A stretch of 64,000 bases of DNA from Eledone cirrhosa (taxonomy: Eukaryota): assembly GCA_964016885.1 (NCBI GenBank), contig OZ024755.1:5022001-5086000 (forward strand). The letters run 5' to 3'. The notes under the pieces were generated by a model. That model was not told where the DNA came from and ran no database searches. It was given only the letters and a program-made list of their open reading frames with translations. Numbering within the stretch: position 1 is the stretch's first letter; every line of letters starts with the position of its first letter. The position numbers and the translations under genes are program-made. This document shows positions 40,405 to 54,143 of the stretch, in pieces.

Positions 40405-40958
40405 TACACGCAGATATATACATAGAGTTAACCAAAGAGAATAGAAATACCGATCAATACAAGGTGTCCCCTAAAAATGTATACACACTTTGATTACTTG
40501 TACAGGCCCTATTTATTAGAATGCTGTTGAAGTGTGTATACATTTTTAGGGGATACTGTGTATATTTAAGCTCACTGCAATCACTGAAACTTATCGATGT
40601 TCAATATATTTTCCCCTTTATATCTTATTTGATCCTCTTGTCCTGACATTAGTATGATTTGTCTGATGTATTCTTGAAACTATTGTAAGGTAATAAAGGA
40701 TTTTAAAAACATCTATTCCATCATCTGAAGTTGTTATATATATTTACATGTGTGTGTGTGTGTGTGTGTTCGGCAATCTTAGATGTAGCCGATCATATCG
40801 ACTTCAATACTTATTTTATCGATCTCTTTGATGTCGTGACGCTAAGTTACAGGACTTAAAAAGCGGAAACTGATACAAGCGTAAACACACACGCACATAT
40901 TAAATATATATATATGATATATTAACAAATGGAAACTATATTTATAAAACCATATTTA

Positions 40959-41019
40959 TTTTATTATACATATTTCAAGGCCACCAAGGCAGATTATGGT
41001 GCGCTTTCATCAGATAAAA
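40959..41019 (-). ncRNA. Type-I hammerhead ribozyme motif, solo copy
   Basis: Minus strand: TTTTAT-CTGATGA-aagcgcacca(taatctgcct)tggtggcctt-GAAA-T(ATGT)A-TA-ATAAAA. Confidence 0.75.
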
Positions 41020-41393
41020 TATAAAACAGATTAGTTTTATAAATAAATATTGACATACCCTGAAAAAATGCAACCTTACCGGTTGGAGCTTCCTGGATAG
41101 TATATATATATATGTTTCTTTATATATATATGACCTGTTTAGAGACTACGAGAAAGCGCGAAAATTACCGAAGTCATTGTTTACATTATTTAGAGTTAAA
41201 ACGGCACACACACATATATATATATATAGTGTGTGTGTGTTGACGCTTGTGTGTTTGTGTCCCGTAACTTAGCGCACGACAGCAAAGAGATCGATAAAAT
41301 AAGTATTGAAGTCGATATGATCGACTAAATCAAGAAATCAAGGCATTAACCCAGCATGGCCGTAGTCTAATGACTGATATTTATACATGTGTG

Positions 41394-41438
<45 letters not shown>

Positions 41439-41981
41439 TATATATATATACACGCGTGTGTATATTTGTTTTAGAAACTCTTTAAACTATTTTCCGAGAC
41501 AAATACATAAATATTTAATTCCTTTCACAATTCCTGCCATTACGACACCATATCAGCGTCTGGGACAGTTGCACCAGACAACATTATCACATTTATTATT
41601 ATTATATTTAATATAGAGTTAATTTGGGTGTGGTTGTTGGTTGAGGTGTTTCTCACGGGTCAGAAGACTTGGTAGCCTTCGTTATAAATATATTGCTTTG
41701 GTTGTTACTGTTGGTGTTTTGAAACTAGCAGACCTTATGACTATGTAGGGTTACAGTAGTCAATGTGTCGTTCTTGCTTTAATGCCGACAGGATGAGATT
41801 TGAGAGAATTTAGCTTCTATTTTTAGCAGGTCAAGCAACAGCCTTCTTAGACTGGTTTGTATAGATATGCAAAATTAAACGAAAGCAAATCACTTTTAAA
41901 AGAGATTGTAAATACACAATTTACCCATTAATAAAAAAAGAAATGCAATCTTAATTCATTAAATTCACTAAATAGGCAGAT

Positions 41982-42020
<39 letters not shown>

Positions 42021-42021
42021 T

Positions 42022-42064
<43 letters not shown>

Positions 42065-42937
42065 TATAAAGCAGGCGAAACTCCAAGGTAACAAGACTCA
42101 CTATTTTACCTTAATAAAAATGAAAATTTAAACAACTCTATTTCGGTATTGAGTACTCTTTTCTCTCCTCCGTCAACTACACATACACATATGATTTATA
42201 TATATATATATACACACACACACGCACTCATAGAAAACAACTAACATTTTTGGAATGTGGAATTTAGTAACGTGCAAGAGCGCTGAGTATAAATAAAGAT
42301 GATAACAACAATAACAACAAAAATAAAATGTTATCTTTCACTCACAAGTTGCAACCATAAAATATATTATGGCTTAGTTTGTAGATGGACTGTTTTGTTG
42401 TTATTTTTCTTTCTTCCTTTTAGCTATATATTGCTGCCTGCGACATTCCGTTGGCGAATGCTGGACTGTCACACTAGTAATACTACAAACAGTTGTGTAT
42501 ATATAGAAATTAGCAGTCGTTTATTTGCCAGTTTGTTGAAAGTCTCCACACCCTTTTCATTCATTTCATTATCAATGTAATTATTTCTACCAGCTTGGGC
42601 TTATTCCCCTTTCACTCTATAACCAGCAAATATATAATTACGGTCAGATTTTAGCCAAAAGTACAAATTATTAAATGAACATTAAAAAAAAAAAAATTTA
42701 TTTTAGAATCTCAATAAAATTATATAAATTGACCAAGTACTAATTTTGTAATAAATATAATTTGCTTCTAAAAAAGTTCCAATACGAAGTCCCCTGTGGA
42801 GTGACCGATTCACGCACTTGTTGAATTGATGTTTTTTTTTGCATTTATTGTATATATTTATAATGTTCCTCGCAATAATTAATTGATATGTAATGAAAAG
42901 ATGCCAATATATATTTTTTTATGTTGATATATATATT

Positions 42938-43316
42938 TATATATTATAAAGAATCGAGACCTCGCCAGCTGAGCTCTTGCCGTCTCAACAGTTAGTTCCA
43001 GACAGATTTATATATAGGTCAGCAAAGTGTCCCACAAGTGATGTAGTTAAGTTGAGAAAAGTAAAACAAACTTCCATCAACAGATTATCCAAGCAATTAG
43101 TGTTCAAAAACTCCTTCTTTAGATACTAACCGTATATTTCTTATATAAGACGTGTAGCGTTGTTTTCCGAGTATATTTAGTTGCAGTAACTATTAAACTT
43201 ATATTACGTATATCTTTGTCCAATGAATTAGTGGGCGAAGAAGACATTTGTCTGGCACTAACTGTTGAAACGGCAAAAGCTCAGCCAGCGAGGTCCCGAT
43301 TCTTTTTAATATATAA
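42938..43316. mobile_element. Inverted repeat (about 70-bp arms, about 240-bp spacer) in TA-rich context
   Basis: About 42938-43007 is an imperfect reverse complement of 43246-43316. It shares ctgtYGAAACGGC...AGCTC with the 39.5-kb family. Confidence 0.6.
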
Positions 43317-43343
43317 ATATACATACATACAGGTTATATATTA

Positions 43344-43395
<52 letters not shown>

Positions 43396-44399
43396 TACAC
43401 ATAACTACAAATTATATAATTCCTCGTCGAATTTATTTCCTTCCAAGTTTACTTCTAAAACATTTTTTTTTATTTAATTTTGCAAAGATACATTTCCCAT
43501 AATGCAGATTACGAATATGTTATTTATTTAAAAAAATTAATTTAATAAAAAAAACAAAAAAACTTTTATTATTGCCTATTGTCCTGTTCACTAATATTTT
43601 CTCTCCTTTACTGAATACGAGGGTCGGCTGAAAGATTCGTAGGCTGACTTAATAACATTGCTTATGTATTTTCTTAAATATAACATTTTCAGTGAGGGAC
43701 GTAACTTAAAGAATGTTCTTGCGTCAAATTACGGTGGAATTTCTTAGTTTTTTTTTTTTGCTTTTGTTTTAAATATATATTTGTGACGTTACAGAACCCA
43801 ACCCCCCCAAAATATGTAAGTCAGGGTAATGTTGGAAAATGTTGCGATGACGAGTAATGTGAGATAGGGTGTTGTCTCCACAGATAACTAACCCCCCCAG
43901 CAGAGGAAGGAGAGAGCGGGATTGGTCGTGTCGTATTGCCATGATGTATCTTCTCAGATTTACATAATATGAACAGTGGAATTTATTTAAAGGACAATAT
44001 AATATTGGTGACGAAAAGGGGATGAAGGAAATTGTAATTTTGAAATTATAAGTTCAAATTTATGTTTAGAATGTCATAGTTTAGCTGTTGTAAAAGAAGG
44101 AGGAAGTTTGGATTAATTATCTATATAGAGTGGCGGTGGAAGCATTTGTGAATGTGGGGTGGGGTGGGGGGAAATTTGGTCAATTTAGTTGTAGTGGTTA
44201 GTTTAGCTGTTATCAAATATCAACCAAGATATGGAAAAAAAAAAAACTTCGATATGCGATAAAGATAACATGTACATAAATTGTAGCGCATATATAAATA
44301 GATGTGATTTTGGTAGTTTGGGGAGAAAAATATAATTATTGGGGTTCCTTTGGAAGTCTTTGGAGTAACGTTACTTGAGAAAGTGCGTAGCTCGAAGAT

Positions 44400-45135
44400 G
44401 AAGTCGGGTTAGATAGAGCTGCTACTTCTCCGAATTGAGAGATCACAGCTCCAATATAACGGACATGTGGTTAGAATGTCTCAGGAAAGAATCGCTGGAC
44501 AGATTTTATGAACAAAACCAACTGGCAGGAGACCCAGGGGTAAACCCCGAACAAGATAACAACCAAGGTAACAACCATGAGCTCAGCTGGTCTCGCTTGA
44601 GGAGCCAGCTGGATTAATTGGAGAAAGTTGCTTCTGACATGACCCACTAGAAGGAGCGTTTGAGGACTCTGCCCACGTGACCCTCCCAGGAATAAGTGGG
44701 TGAAGAAGAAAAGAAGGTAGGTCGCATGTTCCATGTGTATGTTGAATCGTAGGTGAATAAGCGGAAAATAATGGTGGCAGTAGACTCAAGTGAATTTGAT
44801 GAAATTCAAGAAATTGGCTGGTTTAAAGGATTTGCAAGAAACGCCGAAACAATTTTGGAGTAACGTTACTCGTTAGAGTGTGTCGTCCTGCGATTAGGGA
44901 GTTACTCCAAGTAGAACCACCATTCCTCTGTATCGAGAGATCACAGCTCCGGTGCTACAGACATGTGATTAGAATGTCTAAGGAAAGAATCGCTGGACAG
45001 ATTTTACGAGCAAAACCAACCGACAGGAGACGCAGGTGTAGAGAACGAGCAAGATGGTTGGATAACATCTATGAGCTCGGTTGGTCTCGCTTGGGGATAT
45101 TCTGCCAGATTATTTGGAGACGGTTGCGTCGAAAT
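44400..45135 (+). mobile_element. Two adjacent RTE-clade LINE 3' fragments; further copies at about 8580-8645 (+), 22980-23160 (-), 23360-23580 (-), 27690-27890 (+), 32480-32560 (+)
   Basis: IERSQLR...HVIRMSKERIAGQILRAKP...RARWLDNI. Recurrent 3' end gaggactctgccc...gaccctc.caggaataagtgg with a (GAA)n tail. Confidence 0.75.
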
Positions 45136-46017
45136 CAAAGGGCAGAGGAGTAGCTGGCAGAGTTTGATTTAGTTAGGCTTTTAGGATTTTAAAGTGAATC
45201 TACCAGGGCGGAAACGTGTTGGAATGATACATCGTTTAACTACTGAAGCTTCCATCCCAGACAACTCAAGTACGGCCTTATATCCAGAGGCAAAACTGGG
45301 GTATAGCAAGCATGGCACGTGTCATAGGTTCCACTTGGATTAAGAACACTTTATATTAATGTCAGATAAATTATCGCCGGAGAGTGAAAAAAGGAACTTC
45401 TTTAGATGTATGATTTGTCTTTGATTATCGTGGGTAAGACGCACTATGGTGGCTGGATCATAAAACCACTTATATACATCTTTAGACCCCCATAGGTAAA
45501 AATACAGTGCTGGACAAGGGCACAATTTCACTGCTTGCCATAGGCGCTATACTCCCTAGTTAGTCTCTGCTTACACCCAGCCCCTACTGTTACAACGGCT
45601 GGAGTACCTGTTATTTTTGAAAGATCTGAAATTCCTGAGTTACCTGAGGTAACAGGTAAAATTCCAGAACTGTTTGATGGGTCATTTATTGTCGATCTGT
45701 TGCTACGTCATACTGTCGAACTGTCGTTTGTTGCGGTATATCTGAAGTAGCAGCTCTTCTTGAAGTACACTGGTTCATAGATGTCAACTGCTCAACCAAT
45801 TTAATGACTATGTGTGTGGGAAAAACTCAGATTAATGGTTGGAGGTGTCGTGGTGACAATTGATTGCAGACAGGGAAGCCCCCCCCCCCCCCATCCTCGT
45901 CCATGAACACTTGTCAGTAGATAAATAACTCTCCAGTAGAGGCAGTAGGGAGAGAAAAAATAAGTGGACGTTTAACTGCCATGATGTAGTTTGTCTGACT
46001 GTACACACACACACATA

Positions 46018-46115
46018 TACAGGGTGTCCCAAAAAATGTATACACAGTTTGATTACCTGTACAGGCAATATTTATTAGAATGCTGTTGAAGTGTGTATTC
46101 ATTTTTTGGGGACAC

Positions 46116-46121
<6 letters not shown>
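46018..46121. mobile_element. Tc1-like MITE (about 100 bp); second copy at 40458-40560
   Basis: TAcagggtgtcccaaaaaatgtatacaca ... tgtgtattcattttttggggacactctgTA. Confidence 0.75.
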
Positions 46122-46167
<46 letters not shown>

Positions 46168-46392
46168 TGTATGTATAATATATTTGGCAATATACCGTAT
46201 GTTTAATTATAAACATTTTGAAGACCATACGCTATCGGTTTTAAAGTAGTGACCATGTCACTTCTTTTTTTTTTCGGCGAAAGAAGGGAGAGAAGCTAAC
46301 AGTCTGTTTCACGCTGTTTGGCGCACTCCCTGCTTCTACCGAAAATTATAGAAGCTGGATTCTTATAGAATTCCAGTAATAATCAGGAGCTG

Positions 46393-46631
<239 letters not shown>

Positions 46632-46727
46632 TAGCGAGAATCGCATTTCGGCGGGTAGAAATTAGCGAAACGCAACTTCAATAATGTGCAGACAAACGCT
46701 CCATGCATATGAAGAGGATAGCAGAGT

Positions 46728-46765
<38 letters not shown>

Positions 46766-48597
46766 ACGGGATCTGATATATATATATATATATTTATAGA
46801 TAGAATGGAATTTATCTAAAAGATAATATAACATTGAGTGTAATCTATTTAAACGATTATATAACAAACAAAAGAAATGTCAATTACATTTAAATACAGT
46901 AATTAGATAAACTAGCTGACTCCGTGGAAATTCTATTGTTTAAATAATAACGGAAAAAACCCCACTAAGAGTTAAAAATCAATATGACATTTTAACTATT
47001 TATATAGTAATATCTAAAATAGAATATTTTACACATTTATAATTTGAAGATTATGTTTCAACACTACGCCACCGCCGCCGTCACTCTGCTTCTCTCTTAC
47101 ACCCTCTCTCTCTCTCTGTCATTTCCTTCATTTCTTACTCTCTCTCTCTCTTTGTCATTCTGTTCCTCTTGCTCTCTTTCTCTCTTTCTCATTCCCTTCC
47201 TCTGGCTCTCTCTCTTTCTCATTCACTCTTTCTCTCTGTCTTTCTCATTCATTCACTCTCTTTGTCATCCCCCCTCTTCCCGTCCCCTCCTTCTTACTCT
47301 CTCTCTCTTTCTCATTCACTCACTCTCACTCTCTTTGTAATTCCCCCTCTCTCTCATTCTCATTCCCCCTCTCACATTCTCACCTTTCCGCAGCTTGACC
47401 TAAACTTTAAAAATTCGCCTTTTAGTTCTCACCCCCACTCCATCACCTACCCCCATCTTCCTCCTTCTTATACACACTCTTACCATCCCCTGTCTACAGT
47501 TAACCTAAGTTTTAAAAAGTAATTCATATTTAGCTCTCTCTCTCTCTCTCTCTCTCACAGATTTAATCTAGCTCTATCTCTGCTCTGCCACCTCTCTCTC
47601 ACACACACTCACTCTAGCTCTCTCTCTCTTAAAGACCCCCCCCCCCTCTCTCGCTTTCACACACTCTTACCACCCCCTCTCCATAAATTTAGAGATTTAA
47701 AGAAAAAAAGAGCATTTCTGTGTTTGATGTCGCCGCCTCCACCACCACCACCCTCTTCCAATCAACCTGACTGACAATTTATACATAACCTAATCTATTA
47801 TTAGCACCTTAATATAATAGATAATATTTTAGTCACTTATTTACTAACAATGCATGACTTATATTCACAGACAACACATTCTATATAAAGGTTGTTACAA
47901 CACATATGTGGAAAAAGTTGGATTTTTAAGTAATGTCTTAAATAGAACAATATTATAAAACCACATTCAACTTGTCATTTATTAAACATTTTCTCTGACA
48001 TTTTTCCCATAACATTTTTCTTGGTTTTTTCTGGGAGAATTTTCCCAGAATTTTACCAATATTCGTGTAAATACAGATTTACTGTTATTAAATTTTTCAC
48101 CAATCAAAGAATTCGTGAACATACGAATTTAGTTAAAACAATTTTGACTAATCTATAATAAGAGCCCTGTCCGTCCGCCAGTCCGTCCCTCACGCTCACT
48201 TTATATAGAGAAGGGGAGCGTCAAGCGAGAAATATGTACATAGATAGAGAGAGAAAAGTGAAAGCCGTGTGTTTTTGAGGAGATAGACAGAAAGTTATGA
48301 CATCGCCCTCATCTATATATAGAGATGGGGAGCGCCAAGAGAGAGAGATATGTACATAAATAGAGAGAGAAAAGGAACGTCATTTGTTTAGAGAGAGAGA
48401 GAGAGAGAGAGAGAGTGTGTGTGTGTGTGTATGATAGAAAGAGAGAGAGGACGTCACCCTCATTTAGTATATATTGTACAATAGAGCACACTTCTTTCCT
48501 TTACCTTTTCTACGGAAATACTTAACACACACATACACACATATATAAATATATATACATACACATACATACACACACATACAAATATATACATATA

Positions 48598-48892
48598 TAT
48601 AAACGTTTGTATATGTATAATAAAGCCAAAACAATGCAGGTATGGACATAGAATATAGAATGCAAATGCAAAAGATATTGTTGACAATTAGTCTTTTACC
48701 TTAGATTTATTTAAATGTCCTTAAATTTTGACATTTAAATAAATCTAAGGTAAAAGACTAATTGTCAAGAATATCTTTTGCATTTGCATTCGTTATTCTA
48801 TGTCCATACCTGCATTGTTTTGGCTTTATTATACATATACAAACGTTTATACCTCATTACACAATGCTTCAAGTGAACTATAACTTCCTCCA
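48598..48892 (+). mobile_element. Fold-back element (122-bp arms plus tail) in TA/CA microsatellite
   Basis: Arms 48598-48719 and 48730-48851, 10-nt loop, tail of about 40 nt ending ttcctcc. Confidence 0.75.
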
Positions 48893-49319
48893 TACATATA
48901 TATATATACATATACACATATATATGTACACATACATATATATATATACACATACATATATATATATATATACACATATACATACATAGTTAAAGACGAA
49001 AACATTAATGCACACATACACAGTTAAAGACAAAACAACATTGATACACACATACATACATACATACATACATACATACACACAAGACCAAGGGAGGTAA
49101 CTTACATTAACGTATATCAGAAGTTATCACCTGTTGCATTCGTGTTTCTCCGCATAAGTTTAAGTGAATATTAACACACAAACATACACATATATATAAA
49201 GAGAGACCCCCTTTGGTTACAAATGACCATGGGATTTGTTCCTAGAAAGTCGGCCTCCGAGGCAAAAGTCCGAGCAAGGTTGTTTGTGGAAGACCAGCAG
49301 TCATATATGCATACCTACA

Positions 49320-49830
49320 TTATTGGCATTCATCGGTCTAAAATACATTGGATCAGTTGCTGATGGCGGTGCTGTGTCTGCTGTGGCTGTACAGGCCCAC
49401 ACAGAAGTTACAGGCCTGTATACAGTGACTGCATTTATAGTTGCTCTCCTCCGGTGCTACTTCGCTGTTCTTTGTTCAAAAACGCTTTTCCACGGAGGCA
49501 AGATTCCGTTTCTCTTGCGCAGTACTAGTCTCCATCGTGGGCGATCATTAGCAACCACCTTACATCTCTGGCTATCCAGGTCTATTGACTTCATATCCCT
49601 CCTGCAGACGTCTTTGCAATGAAGATGAGATCGTCCTCATGCTCTTGTGCCAGCGGCCAGTTCCCCATACAGTAGGTCTTTTGGGATCCACTCGTCCAGC
49701 ATACGATGTATGTAACCGATCCAGCGTAGACGGCGCCGTTGGAGCAGGGCGTATGTTCTGGGTATCTTGGCACGATTGAGGACTTCAGTGTTGGTGACCC
49801 GGGCGACTTGGATAAAGTTAGTTAAATGCA
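49320..49830 (-). mobile_element. RTE (BovB-like) LINE 3' fragment
   Basis: VTNTEVLNRAKIP...RRLRWIGYIHRM...IPKDLLYGEL is the typical RTE C-terminal region. Confidence 0.85.
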
Positions 49831-50179
49831 TCTGGTCAGACTACTACTGTATTCACGCAAACCAACCACACAAACATAACACCCAATTCACTTGGTTCTT
49901 TGTTGTTTTCTTGTTTTATCAACAATAGCTTGGATATTCTTCATAAAAATTCTCTAAAGAGCGATCATGTTTTATTTGTCGAATCAACGGTATTTCACAC
50001 AGCGTTTTATTATGGGACAAATTTCAGCTTCTTCATAATCACCCATCAAGCCAACAACACAAAACTACTACAGCCTCTGCCACGCTCAAATGAACAACAA
50101 ACTCAAACCAATACCTTCTATCGCCACTCAACTCACCATCCACTTCACGACATTATATAACACACACATACATAAATAC

Positions 50180-50735
50180 ATGGTCGGGTCGTTGGCGACT
50201 AAACTGGCAACCCCACCAAGGTTTCTTGGTGAGGAGGGTGGCTTTGGACATCCTGCAGGACTAAAAACAAAACCTGTCAAAGGGCAAAAGAGCTCTTAAG
50301 AGTCAATGGCCATCCAAAATCACCGGGAGAGATGACCCCTTAGCCTTTGTCAAGGCAGAATTCTAGGAGAGGGAAAACTCTGATATAACACCTGCAACCC
50401 TGATGGTATCCAATGATGTTGACTTGTTCTTCTTTTTGGTAAATATCATCTTGGTTAAGAGAGTGGGACTGGCTTTGTGCAGTGCCTTTGCTCACTATAA
50501 AAGCTTCACGGCACAGGCATTGCTTTATATCTGGAGATCTCTCTGCACTTGTCGTCACATGGTACCAAGGGCCCAGCACTATGTGTCAATAATTGTCACA
50601 AGTGTAGTGTTCGTACCAGTGTTTTCAAGTCGCTGGCTGGACTAAAAAGTCACACTCGTTCAGCGCATCGGTAGGGGTTCTCCTACATGGATATAAAGTA
50701 GTGGCCGTACTCGAAAACGAGTTGGCAGCCACCAT
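50180..50735 (+). mobile_element. Internally deleted RTE-type element (5' UTR joined to a C-terminal zinc-finger remnant)
   Basis: 5' part has ggcgactaaac...cctgtcaaagggc and ctaggagagggaaaactctga, which I recognise from RTE 5' UTRs. 3' part encodes FKSLAGLKSHTRSAHR-stop, followed by a (CATG/TATG)n tail. Confidence 0.55.
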
Positions 50736-52798
50736 GCATGCATGTATGTATGTGTGTAAACACACGTATATAAGTTGGTTGGTGTTATGAAGGACATCTA
50801 TCTGTGGAAAACCAAGTAAAACAAAACAGACCTATCTATCCCGTTTAAGCCATGCAAACATGGGAAATAGACGTTAAACGGTGATGATACTGGTGACGAC
50901 GACGATCAACGCTATCAATGGGTCCACTAGCGATATACAAGCTCACAAGCCTGCTGGATCGCCATCATCGGTAGAGCATCGGGCAAAGTGCTTTGAAGCA
51001 TCTAGTTACGTCCCTTTACGTTCTGAGTTCAAATCACGTCAGACACCGCTATCTTTCATACTATGAGGGTGTGTGTTTGGGGTGGGGATAAAATAACGTA
51101 CCAGTTATGTACGATGGTTCTTGTCATCCAGTGTTCCCTCTCTCCACAAATTGTTGGCTCTGTGTCTGAATTATAACGTCGGACATCCAGCTTCGCGGTA
51201 TAGAGTTATGGCCCTTTATATTCTGAGTTAAAATCCCGCCGAGGTTAGCTTTGCCTTTCATCCTTACGGGGTCGATTAAATAAATTATCAGTCACACACT
51301 GGGGTCGATCTAATCGACTTTCCCCTCCCCTAAAAAAATTGCTGGCCTTGTGCCTAAATCAGAAAACATTATTATTACGGTGTCCAATGTCTGGCCCTCC
51401 GTATCTGTTAGAATAAGTAGAAGTGTAGAGGGGGGGGGGGGGCAGCCGGTACTTTGTCTCGGGGCCCAAGAGCTAAGAAGGCCCTACAGTAACCATGCAA
51501 CATCCATTTTGAGAGAAATCTTTGATTGTTTCGGGCCTTAAAGAGGTCTTGTACCTCTTTGCAAAATTTCTTTTGGGGGCTCTGGTGGGGGAGATGTACG
51601 GGAGTAAATAATTTGTTACGGTGTTTCATTCATGAAACAACGTCAGTGGTTGTAGTGATTGGAGAGGAGGAGGGCGAGCGAAATAGAGAAACAGTACTTA
51701 ATGAAGAGGTTAGGTCAATGTCAGTTGAAGTCATATGCTTTTTTTTGTCTGGTTTCCACACAATTAATACTTTGTCTGGGAATTTTTCAAGTGTTTTTCT
51801 CTCGTAAGTACACAGTATCTCAATCCGGTCCAGGTTTAGCTTTGCCTTTTACAGGAGTCGATAAAATAAAGTACCAGTAATGCACTGGATCGATTTAGTC
51901 AAGGAACAATCAATAAAAAAATAAGGGGTTAGAAAGAAAGAAAGAAAGACAAAAAAATAGAAGATGACTTGCAGTCTGAATTACAACCCCTAAACATGAA
52001 TGCCGGTGTTGTTTTCTAAAACTACTGTAATATATTTCGTGTTTGTTATATTTCAGTTGCACGTGTTCATTTCATTTAAAATGTTCTTCGTAAATATAAT
52101 GTTATTGCTGTCGCTGTTAATGTTGTGGATGTATAACCCCAAGTTAACCCTGTAGGGCAGACCAGGACTATATTTTATGGTTGTAGTTGTTATATAGCTC
52201 GCCCCTTCCCAGATTAAGCAGACCTATATTTATGTTTTGTTACTGTGTAATCAGAGTCGACTCCATTCCATCAGAAAGACAGACCTACCGTTATGTCTTG
52301 TAAAGATATCATCCAGCTGCTTTTATTTCGTATTATCTAGATTCTTCGATGTGAATTTAATTGTGTAATATTTTCTCTATCTTTTTACGTCCCGGGTTCA
52401 AATCCCGCCGAGGTTCAGCGTTGCCTTTCATCCTTACGGATGAATTGTTATCCCTGTGCCTTTTTGTCCTTTCTCGCATTCTTTCCCAATTCTCTCCATC
52501 CATATATCTATCTATCTATCTCTCCACCTATCCATCTTCTATTTGTCTTTCATCTATCTATATATCTATCTATCCTTTATTTATCCTTCTCTGTTCTCTT
52601 TTTATATATTCCCCCTCCTCACCTCTCTCTATTGTCTAAACCAACCAACTGTTTGTTTATTATTTTTCTATATTCCTTCTTAACTTTCAACTATCTTTAA
52701 CCTTTATTAGCTTCAAGTTCGGTTTACACCGAATTTATTCCATTTCACTTTCAGTTGCAGGGGGATTGTCGGAAGTGAACTACATTGCAAAAAAAAAA

Positions 52799-53449
52799 AT
52801 GTTGGTGCTTCTTCCACGGTGTCTTCTAAGACGGAATTGGCTTGCAACTAAACTACAGTCTACTGCAGCTTATCATTCCAAAAGTGGGGTGTACGGCTAC
52901 AAACCCCGCAACAAATCAACGTCTGATGAAGGTTTGATTATCATTGTTATTATTATTACTGAATATGTAAACAGACTCTCGCTACGATTATTTCCATTTT
53001 TTTTTCTTACTCTTTGCATGTATACTAAATACATGTGACTACGTATGTGGAGTATATATATATATAGTATAATATATATATAAATATATATTATTATATA
53101 TTTGCGCACGAATTTTAAGTGTCTCATATATAGATAGATAATGTACATTTCATATGTATGTTTCAATATATATACGTGTGTGCCTGTGTACATGTATCAG
53201 TATATATACTCAGCTGATGTATGTATCTCTATATATGTAATGTACAAGACTTCAAAATACCTATATACACGTGCCTGTAAATATACCTCCGTTAACATAA
53301 ATCTATAGCTACAGGTTGTCTAATATATACAAATATATATATAAAGCAATTATAATCGAATTTACTAATTATATTAAATGTAAAACGTTGTTTTACTAAA
53401 TAAACAATATTGTATGTTTGTGTGTATATATATATACGCAGACATGCAA

Positions 53450-53512
<63 letters not shown>

Positions 53513-54084
53513 CGCAAACATGCAATGTATATATGTATATATATATATATATATAACGAAGGAGTTGTGATAAGGAACCAGATGGACCATAACGCACCAG
53601 AGTACTCAATACTTAGGGTAGTAGAGTAGGTAATAGGTATATATATATACACACACAATGCATGCATATATCTTTATATAGACATAATAGTAAGCTGTAA
53701 TATTTTCTATCAGAATGCTAACTTCGATATTCTACCGATATTCTTTATTTATTTTCAATCGACTGTGATAAAAGTGGAGTGGCAGAGACAGTAGTGTGCT
53801 GAACTAAGTATATAATTCCATTTCGCCAAGTTCCATGTCCAGTCTTTGAAATTCATGGTTCCAAGGTCGATGAAATATGTTCCACCTAGTAATACAGTAG
53901 AAATAATGATATTGTTTATACGTCTATACCCATCCTTGAGAATTATCCCCAACCTTCTAAATATGGCCAAATTGTACTTTAGCGGCGGAAATCTCAGAAA
54001 ATTTGTGTTTTCTTTTGTCACGGCTAAATCCTCAGCATCATATATCTTTTGTTTATAGGTGTCCTCTTTGGAATTTAGTCTTTG

Positions 54085-54143
<59 letters not shown>

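Noticed and set aside
46295-46342. Minus-strand gcgc(caaaca)gcgt-GAAA-cagactg-tt hammerhead-like segment
   Set aside because: The CUGANGA box is replaced by agggagt, too many core mismatches.
46910-48240. Possible Helitron/Helentron-type element with CT-rich interior
   Set aside because: Termini could not be defined with confidence from sequence alone.
52766-52798. Upstream TTG start for DHTKD1 from the ORF track
   Set aside because: The ATG at 52799 begins a plausible mitochondrial presequence; the track allows non-ATG starts that are not expected here.
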